A DNA stretch of 64,000 bases, from positions 12,602 through 76,601 of IMG/VR virus record IMGVR_UViG_3300023110_000024; one strand, given 5' to 3'. The stretch comes from a virus. Made by a program: the position numbers and the translations under genes. Numbering within the stretch: the stretch's first letter is position 1; each line of letters opens with the position of its first letter. Under the pieces are notes generated by a model. That model did not search any database. It was given only the letters and a program-made list of their open reading frames with translations, and was not told where the DNA came from. This document shows positions 57,415-64,000 of the stretch, piece by piece.

Positions 57415-60165
57415 TTAGCCAATAACCTCTAAACTACCTCTATGTCTAGTAGCCGTTCTTGCTATATTTGTTTGTTGATATGCCTCACCGGCACTGAATT
57501 TTAATATACTTGTTTGTTCTTGTAATAGTTTATTAGAAGCATCGACTTTTTCTGTTAGTGTATTTATAGCTTGGGTCATATCATTATTTGCTTTTTGAGT
57601 AGTCTCATCTTGTGTGTTCTCATTTTGAAACGCATCATACGTTTTGTTAAATGCTGCTTCTACATTTTCCTTTTGTGAGGCTTGTATCTCAGGAAGTGTT
57701 GGTACTGGGCGATTTATAGTTGTAGTTTGAATATTGCTAGTCAAAGCATTCATACTTGCTGAGGCTGTATTCATAGCAGTGGCAGCAGTAGTTGTTGACG
57801 TCTTTATCTCATTACTAAATGTGCCCAAGTTTGTTGAAGCTATATTCATAGCAGTGGCAGCAGTAGTTGTTGATGTTTTTATCTCATTACTAAATGTGCC
57901 CAAGTTTGTTGAAGCCATGTTCATAGCATTGATTGATTCAGTTTGCATTTTTGGAATTGAGCCTTCATCGCCAAATAGTTTATCCCAAGTTTTTCCAAAT
58001 ATATTTCTGTCTTCGTTAGATTCTCTACCAGCACCAATTCTTTCCTCAACTCCTTGAATTACACCTTCCATTACATCGCTTTTTACACCAAGCTCTGTAA
58101 GCAATGCATGAGCCATAGTTTCAGAATCTTTTTGGTTTGCTTTTAGTGTTGCTGCTAATTCTTCAGGTGTATTGCCTAATGCTTTTATTTTTGGATATAA
58201 TTCTACTAGTAACTCTTCTTCACTATCTTTTAGTTCTGTTAGAGTATGTGCTAATACATCAAAATCATTATTTTCAAACAACGATCCTGATCCTAATTTC
58301 TGTATATTGGCTGTTAACTCTTCTATTTTCTTTTCAGTCTCAGCTTGTTGCATTACCATTTGAGCTTCAGTCTGTCGAAGCTTAAGTTCTGGACTTTCAG
58401 CATAAGAAGTTAATTGATGTCCAGATTGTGTTGGATCATTTCCTTGTGGGGAGGTATTATATCTAGTTCTCTTTTCAATTTCTACTTTTTGATCGAATTT
58501 GTCTTCTGCTTCACCAATCATAGTATCCATACTGCCAATTTTTTCGGTTACTTCTGATCTCATTTTTTCTGACATCCAGTCGCCTAGCTCTCCAACACTA
58601 TTTCCAAACTTGTTGATAGCTCCTGTGGCAGCAGCAGATCCTTGTACAAATCCGTTAGGGCCTAATAAAAAGGTATTGAAACCAGTTCCTGCAGTTTTGA
58701 GCATGTCATTAGTTTGCTTTATTGTATTGTTTAATGCTTGCCCTGGAGTTTCTGCTTCAGCTTTTTGTGCCGCTAATTCATCTCTAGCTTCTTGCTCAAT
58801 CTCTTCTCTAATTTGAGCCATAGACTTGCCATGATTTTCTTCTAGCTTTGATCTTCGCATTGTTTCCATATTGAGCTTGCCCATTGAGCTTAGAAATAAA
58901 TCAGCATACGCATCGCCTGTGTCATTCATACCAGCTAATGTTCCAGCAGCCATTGCGCCAGTGTCACTCAATCGTTCTGCCATTGCACCTTCTAGTGCTT
59001 GGAGTTCTTCACCTACATCTTCTCCTGCTTTAGCTGCCTGCCCTAATCGCAAAATTTCATCAGCAGCAGGACCAGCAGCATTCATAAACTGTCTAGCGGC
59101 AGGAGTTACAACATTGCCCCACGCAATAATTTCTTCCATTGCTAGTTTAGCTCCATCACCATACCCTGCAGCCGCAAGTTTTGCTAGCCTAACCGATTCA
59201 GCAACTTCTTCATTACCCAATGCTTGTTGCCTCATAATTTGCATTTGAGTTTGTTTGGACATATTTGCTGTATTAACTTCATCTTGTAATTCTTTTCTAG
59301 ATTTACCAGTAAGTTTAGACATAACGTCCATTTCAGTAGCAAGCAATACAGCAGATTCCATTTGCTTTTGTCTAACAGCCTCATCCTCAAAGTTAGCCAT
59401 TCTATTCATAGTCATTTGTTTTGCTAATACTTCGGTTATTTCTTCATAACCCATTCCCATGCGACGAAGGCTTTCAAACCCTTGTTCATTCTGAAATTTA
59501 AAATCTTTTGCAAATTCAGAAACCATTAAGGCACTTTGAGACATAGTTCCGCCAACGCCAGCAAGGGATTCGCCAACACCGCCTATAACTCCTTGAAATT
59601 CTCGTATCTCTAATCCAGTTGAAGCCGCAGCATTTTTTAATACAAACAAATCTCCAGTAAATGACAATCCAGTTTGAGACATTTCATCTAAAACTTTAGT
59701 ATAATCTACTACTTCTTTTAGCCCACCTTTAAAAACTCCACTAGCAAATTTCATCACTGACGTAAAACCACTAGCAGCCTTACCTAAATACGGAACTTTA
59801 GATAATAACCCACCAGTTGCTTTAGATACACCTATAATAATACCCTCTAATCTATTATAAGTTGATTGAACATCTGCTGTTTGCTTATATACATCGCCTG
59901 CTAACCCGGCGACATTTGACATTATTTCGGAAGCACCCTCAGACATATCTGAGAAATCAAACCATGATTTATTAGCGTCTTTTGTAGCTTGAGTATTCTT
60001 ATCAACACTCTCGCCAACATCTTTGATAGCTTCTGCAGCTTGCGACATATGCGGCGCAAGTTTTGATATCATTTCGTTAGTAGCAGCATTCTCAAATATA
60101 GCACCATCAAGATTTCCAGAGTCTTTATTTTGTGATGATAGCTTAATGGTAACATTTCTTCCCAT
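57415..60165 (-). CDS. Probable tape measure protein
   Basis: 916-aa helical A/M/E/G-rich protein with internal repeats, divergent from the gp26-like chaperone gene. Confidence 0.6.
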   Translation of the reverse strand: MGRNVTIKLSSQNKDSGNLDGAIFENAATNEMISKLAPHMSQAAEAIKDVGESVDKNTQATKDANKSWFDFSDMSEGASEIMSNVAGLAGDVYKQTADVQSTYNRLEGIIIGVSKATGGLLSKVPYLGKAASGFTSVMKFASGVFKGGLKEVVDYTKVLDEMSQTGLSFTGDLFVLKNAAASTGLEIREFQGVIGGVGESLAGVGGTMSQSALMVSEFAKDFKFQNEQGFESLRRMGMGYEEITEVLAKQMTMNRMANFEDEAVRQKQMESAVLLATEMDVMSKLTGKSRKELQDEVNTANMSKQTQMQIMRQQALGNEEVAESVRLAKLAAAGYGDGAKLAMEEIIAWGNVVTPAARQFMNAAGPAADEILRLGQAAKAGEDVGEELQALEGAMAERLSDTGAMAAGTLAGMNDTGDAYADLFLSSMGKLNMETMRRSKLEENHGKSMAQIREEIEQEARDELAAQKAEAETPGQALNNTIKQTNDMLKTAGTGFNTFLLGPNGFVQGSAAATGAINKFGNSVGELGDWMSEKMRSEVTEKIGSMDTMIGEAEDKFDQKVEIEKRTRYNTSPQGNDPTQSGHQLTSYAESPELKLRQTEAQMVMQQAETEKKIEELTANIQKLGSGSLFENNDFDVLAHTLTELKDSEEELLVELYPKIKALGNTPEELAATLKANQKDSETMAHALLTELGVKSDVMEGVIQGVEERIGAGRESNEDRNIFGKTWDKLFGDEGSIPKMQTESINAMNMASTNLGTFSNEIKTSTTTAATAMNIASTNLGTFSNEIKTSTTTAATAMNTASASMNALTSNIQTTTINRPVPTLPEIQASQKENVEAAFNKTYDAFQNENTQDETTQKANNDMTQAINTLTEKVDASNKLLQEQTSILKFSAGEAYQQTNIARTATRHRGSLEVIG
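57768..57925. repeat. In-frame 75-nt (25 aa) tandem duplication
   Basis: tattcatagcagtggcagcagtagttgttga at 57768 and 57843; unit ASTNLGTFSNEIKTSTTTAATAMN(I/T). Confidence 0.85.
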
Positions 60166-60269
60166 AATATTCCTATAACTTTATAGCTATATTTAGCAAT
60201 CAAAACCTAATCAAAATATACGGCAGATTTTTGGTGATAAATAAAACTACAGTATTATGGAGATTAATA

Positions 60270-61109
60270 ATGCAAAACATTGCCCCTTTTAGTGGTAAAT
60301 TAACAAAATTTTATAGACAGCCAAAGGTATACATTGGGCTTCCGTCTGGCGGAAAGTTCTACACCAATGACTTTATTGATGGCGATATTGGAAACATACC
60401 AGTCTTTGGTATGAACGCCATGGATGAGATCATGTTCAAAAATCCAGATGCACTTTTTACTGGAGAAGCTACTGTAGCAGTTATCAAATCGTGTATTCCT
60501 GCCATAAAAGACCCATGGAAGCTATCACAAATTGATATGGATACAGTTTTAATTGGTATTAGAATTGCTACATTTGGAGAGGCGTTAGGGTTGTCGTTTG
60601 TTTGTCAAAAATGTAAGGCAACTCAAGAAATAGATTTCAATTTATTGTCAGCCTTAGACTATTATAGCAAATTGACATACAATTCTAATGTATTTGTTGA
60701 TCCTTTGACATTCAATTTGCGTCCTTTGACATATAAAGAAGGCACCGACCTACAGATTGAAGCATATCGGTTACAAAAATCTATAAATCAACACACAAAG
60801 GATGATGACATTGAGAGATTTAAGTATCTAGAAGAGTTTTATAGGTTATTTGGCAAGCTACAAGCAAATAATATACAAAATCAAATTGAATCTATTACAG
60901 TCGATGAAGATATTATATCAAATCAATCAGAGATTATTGAATTTATTAATAATAGTGAGTCACATTTTTATACAAAAGTAAAAGAAGCTATCGATGGTGA
61001 AAAAGAGAGGTGGCAGATACCCGAACAGGCTGTTACTTGCACTGAATGCTCACACGAACAAACTACTAATATAGGACTAGATAACTCAGCTTTTTTCGTC
61101 AACAAGTAA
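60270..61109 (+). CDS. gp26: Baseplate hub/tail assembly chaperone (gp26-like); start revised to 60270
   Basis: RQPKVYIGLPSGG, DEIMFKNPDAL, IRIATFG and two CxxC; ends FFVNK; GGAG and TAAATA (60238-43) precede ATG 60270. Confidence 0.75.
   Translation: MQNIAPFSGKLTKFYRQPKVYIGLPSGGKFYTNDFIDGDIGNIPVFGMNAMDEIMFKNPDALFTGEATVAVIKSCIPAIKDPWKLSQIDMDTVLIGIRIATFGEALGLSFVCQKCKATQEIDFNLLSALDYYSKLTYNSNVFVDPLTFNLRPLTYKEGTDLQIEAYRLQKSINQHTKDDDIERFKYLEEFYRLFGKLQANNIQNQIESITVDEDIISNQSEIIEFINNSESHFYTKVKEAIDGEKERWQIPEQAVTCTECSHEQTTNIGLDNSAFFVNK
61091..61097 (+). other. Candidate -1 ribosomal frameshift slippery site T TTT TTC
   Basis: X XXY YYZ heptamer correctly phased (GCT TTT TTC) three codons before the stop; the -1 frame stays open to 61330. 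Confidence 0.65.
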
Positions 61110-61150
61110 TTCCCCTCTCGAGCTCTGAAATATTAGAGCTGTCCAAAAAA

Positions 61151-61330
61151 ATGGAAGCAGAAGCCAAAGAGATAAAGTATAATGTCTTTAAGATATGTTG
61201 GTATATGCGTGGAGGAGTAACTGCTCGTGAATTATTTTGGGATTATTCAGCAGAAGATAGGATGATCCTTAACGATATTATAAAAGAAAATATAGAATTA
61301 GTCAATAAAACTGGTATGCCACTACTATAA
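61151..61330 (+). CDS. Small gp51-like baseplate/tail chaperone ORF, not in the ORF track; possibly expressed as a frameshift fusion
   Basis: MEAEAKEIKYNVFKICWYMRGGVTARELFWDYSAEDRMILNDIIKENIELVNKTGMPLL; no clear Shine-Dalgarno. Confidence 0.7.
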   Translation: MEAEAKEIKYNVFKICWYMRGGVTARELFWDYSAEDRMILNDIIKENIELVNKTGMPLL

Positions 61331-61334
61331 TCGC

Positions 61335-61810
61335 AACGATGAGTTATGTAGTGGTATACTAGCTCGTTCAGATGGGGCTAGCCCATCTTGTCTAAAGATA
61401 TTTTCATTTCGCTTACGCTCATTCAATATCTGTATCCAATTTCGCTACGCTTTCTTTCCTTTTATACATTTATAATCCTGTTAATAACTGTACTTGGGGA
61501 AGATATTCCTGTAGATTAAGTCGTCAGGTGGAACCTGTCCGCAGGTTCCATTTACTCGAAGCCAGGAATCTTCCTGTGAGTATCGCCGCCGAGGCAATAG
61601 AAGCAGGTGTTTTCTCTCAGTCCCCGGGGCTTTGGCCTCTCCCCTACCTGCACCAACATCACATAGCAGCATATTTCCCAACATTCTGCTATGTTACCCC
61701 CAACCTCGTTCCGTTGTTAGGGTTTTTGGGACTAGAGTGTGCTCACGTCAGATCCGAACTAGATGTATAAACCTAGCTCTCAAGACGGATCGAGGTTCCT
61801 CGATCAAACA
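61335..61810. ncRNA. Candidate structured non-coding element (ncRNA or replication origin)
   Basis: Largest gene-free gap in the window, GC-richer than the flanks in its 3' part, with many nested inverted repeats; strand not resolved. Confidence 0.45.
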
Positions 61811-61819
61811 TTAGAGCAA

Positions 61820-62335
61820 TTATATAGCCTTGTTACGTTTAGCGAAAGATTCGGCATTATTCTCAAAGAAATCTATCATATTTGAGATCCGCCAAACGTT
61901 TTGTGCCTTATCAGTGTAGTCTAGATGCCTGTTAACTATAAAATTGTTTGGTAATTGTGTAGCTATGAATGTGCCTTTGCGGGTTATTCTGAAGATAAGT
62001 GTGTTACAATCGCCTGGATCAGCTGCCTGTAGTGTTTGTGAGATCCAATCCTCAAGGATTGGTATTGGGCCTAGTGATAATAAGTGATGAAATGGGAAGT
62101 CTGCATAGTTTTTGCATTCAACATTGAAGTATTTCCAATCATCTGGGGGTATAATGTCACCTTTGTGTGCTCGCACTTGTCCTTCCGTGAGTTTTTCACG
62201 TCTAAATGCGTTTTTACCTCCAGTAAATGCACCAGAATCAGGAACCCTGGTGAAGGAATCGTTATATATCTCGCTTAGGTAGTTAGCTACCTCACGTTCA
62301 AACGTCTTTCCCTTTGTTTTGCTTTTGCTTGGCAA
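61820..62335 (-). CDS. Holliday junction resolvase (Hjc-like PD-(D/E)XK nuclease)
   Basis: SKTKGKTFEREVA, RVPDSGA, GDII and NVECKNY motifs. Confidence 0.8.
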   Translation of the reverse strand: MPSKSKTKGKTFEREVANYLSEIYNDSFTRVPDSGAFTGGKNAFRREKLTEGQVRAHKGDIIPPDDWKYFNVECKNYADFPFHHLLSLGPIPILEDWISQTLQAADPGDCNTLIFRITRKGTFIATQLPNNFIVNRHLDYTDKAQNVWRISNMIDFFENNAESFAKRNKAI

Positions 62336-62540
62336 ATCTTTCTCGTTTTTCTTCTAGCGTTTCTCGCATTTCAACTTGTAGTTCTTTAATTCTAACCTTA
62401 CCTAGAGTCCGAATACGCCTAAGATACCTCAAAGCTGATAGTCCATTAGCCATAGAAGGTTTTCTTTCCCACTCCCTCAGCCAATGGATGTAGTTAGCTA
62501 GTGACATCAGTATCTCATCGTGTGTATCAGACTCTTTCAT
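62298..62540 (-). CDS. Small basic hypothetical protein; start revised to 62540
   Basis: MKESDTHDEIL...; TATAAATA lies 5 nt upstream of this ATG. Confidence 0.6.
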   Translation of the reverse strand: MKESDTHDEILMSLANYIHWLREWERKPSMANGLSALRYLRRIRTLGKVRIKELQVEMRETLEEKRERFAKQKQNKGKDV

Positions 62541-62575
62541 ACGATTATTTATAGTAGTATATAATGGATAGGTTA

Positions 62576-64000
62576 TCATTCGGTTGAAAAATCATTCTCA
62601 AACGATGTAAATCCATTCTCTTTGACAACTTTTAGTACATTATTGACACGTCCTACTAGTTCATCCTTGTGTGAGATGAGGAATACATTCTTTTTCCTAT
62701 CTCTACCCATCTTTTTGATGACAGCAAGGGAGTTTTCAACACCAGCAGTGTCCATACCAGAGTCAATAAGCTCGTCAATAAACAATAAGTTGATATTCTG
62801 ATACAATGACTCCCATACATCACGGAAAGCAAAGGATAAACCAAGTATCAACCTGTTTCTTTCACCTCTACTCAAGTTATCAAAGTCTAAATCCTGCCCA
62901 AGCTGGGTAATTTCAACAGATAAGTCGTTCAAAAACAATACCTGATGGGGTAAACCTAGTTTATCTAAGTAATATGTAAGTCTATTATTCAAATAAGCAA
63001 GGTTTTGCTCAATAATCTTCTTTCTAATGAAAGAATCTTTGCTTGTAAGCAGTTTTAGCAAGAACTCTTGATGTTCTTTATATGCATTTAGCTGATTGAT
63101 GTTGTCCCAACTAATTTCTTGGATGGCAGTAGCCCGCAATTCGTCAATCTGTTCCGTATATGGATCAGTTTCACCCTGCTCACGCTCTACTGCTTGCTGT
63201 AACTGGTTGAGATTGTTCATATGCTCGTATGCTTCCTTAATATCCTCATAGAATGTCTCAGGCCTACCATTGATATCACCTATCTCACCTAGTCCCATGC
63301 GAGTATCATGAGTCTTTTTTGCTACCTCATCGAGGTATTTGTCAGCATCCTTCAACTCTTTCAGCTTTTTCTTGAGTATCTCAGCATGTTGCCCTTTCTT
63401 TAAGGGTTGTCCACAAACATAACACTCGGTATTCTCAGCTCTATTGTATTCTTCTAGAGCTTTATGTGCTGCCTTCTGTGCTCTGTTCTCTGCTGCCTCT
63501 AATGTAGCAAGCTCTTTGCGTAAATTATCAATCTGAGAGCTCTTTTCCGTCCATTGCTGTAGCTTTTCGTGCTTTTCAAGCTCTAAATCAATATCAACCT
63601 GCTCTAATTCCTTTATATTCTTCTTTAGAGTCTTGATACGCTCCTTTTTAGATGTATTCCAAGCAGATTGCTTTATAGTTAGGCTATGTATGCTGGCTTC
63701 AATAGCTTCATTTGCTGTTTGTTTAGCCTTTATAGTAGCTTCTTCCTCTGTTATAGCGTCTTTGGTGTATCTAACCTGCTCTTTGAGAGCCACAGCCTTC
63801 TCTGATAGCAGTGTTATACCTAATAATTGCTCAATAATAGCTCTCTGATCCATCTGCCTAAGGTTTAGGAACGGTTCTGTATAGGTATTGAGTGCTACAA
63901 CGTGTTTGAACATGTCATGACTCATACCTAACAGCTCATTTATGGTCTCTTGAGTCTTTCTACTATCCCCTTGGGACTCATCTAGTAGTTCCTGCTCCTG
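62576..64000 (-). CDS. gp46: Recombination endonuclease ATPase subunit (gp46/SbcC/Rad50), 5' part outside the window
   Basis: Coiled coil with CYVC zinc hook, signature LSRGE, Walker B LLFIDE and H-loop ISH; frame open to 64000. Confidence 0.93.
   Translation of the reverse strand, partial: QEQELLDESQGDSRKTQETINELLGMSHDMFKHVVALNTYTEPFLNLRQMDQRAIIEQLLGITLLSEKAVALKEQVRYTKDAITEEEATIKAKQTANEAIEASIHSLTIKQSAWNTSKKERIKTLKKNIKELEQVDIDLELEKHEKLQQWTEKSSQIDNLRKELATLEAAENRAQKAAHKALEEYNRAENTECYVCGQPLKKGQHAEILKKKLKELKDADKYLDEVAKKTHDTRMGLGEIGDINGRPETFYEDIKEAYEHMNNLNQLQQAVEREQGETDPYTEQIDELRATAIQEISWDNINQLNAYKEHQEFLLKLLTSKDSFIRKKIIEQNLAYLNNRLTYYLDKLGLPHQVLFLNDLSVEITQLGQDLDFDNLSRGERNRLILGLSFAFRDVWESLYQNINLLFIDELIDSGMDTAGVENSLAVIKKMGRDRKKNVFLISHKDELVGRVNNVLKVVKENGFTSFENDFSTE

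Larger units (their letters stand above)
447..62551. promoter_or_regulatory. Recurring TAAATA late-promoter core upstream of more than 20 genes
   Basis: On -: 447, 3086, 9702, 10214, 13016, 16515, 18277, 22509, 25528, 27302, 27822, 30264, 35755, 40448, 47677, 48244, 49963, 54626, 55638, 60190, 62546. On +: 16579, 18295, 60238. Matches the core of the T4 gp55 promoter TATAAATA. Confidence 0.75.

Noticed and set aside
61481-61814. Three short overlapping ORFs in the structured gap
   Set aside because: Mutually overlapping, non-ATG starts, atypical composition; the pairing pattern explains the region better
61331-61819. tRNA or tmRNA in the gap
   Set aside because: No cloverleaf with correctly spaced D and T arms, acceptor stem or tag reading frame could be identified by eye
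107-63848. Many short ORFs antisense to or nested in long genes (e.g. 1126..1614, 25818..26216, 27656..27904, 37289..37819, 54194..54592)
   Set aside because: Shadow frames of G/T/S-rich or repetitive genes; no RBS, promoter or recognisable motif
1-64000. Stop-codon reassignment, as seen in some large phages
   Set aside because: Core genes are full length in the standard code, coding density is high, and TAA, TGA and TAG all end genes

Overview
A 64-kb segment of a large T4-related myophage genome (AT-rich, standard genetic code, no host genes flanking it). It covers the virion morphogenesis region. Core genes are the terminase large and probable small subunits, head completion nuclease, tail tube, an unusually long sheath, neck and terminator proteins, major capsid, scaffold, prohead protease, portal, a probable tape measure, a baseplate-hub chaperone, a Holliday-junction resolvase and a partial gp46/Rad50. 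A ~27-kb block (21.4-48.2 kb) of fibre/adhesin genes is built from a small set of recurring modules, including Kelch-like pairs, FG-GAP propellers, a LamG domain and an S74 chaperone. An iscU plus Calx-beta lipoprotein cassette sits just behind the capsid gene. The main unexplained signals are: (1) a -1 slippery heptamer that would fuse the gp26-like ORF to an unannotated downstream ORF; (2) a ~490-nt, highly base-paired non-coding region; (3) an apparent plug-and-socket grammar of short terminal motifs across the fibre proteins; (4) a hairpin that hides a ribosome-binding site and carries the late promoter in its apical loop; (5) a class of genes with TAAATA exactly 5 nt before ATG, suggesting leaderless late mRNAs. 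All product calls come from motif recognition by eye; no searches were run.
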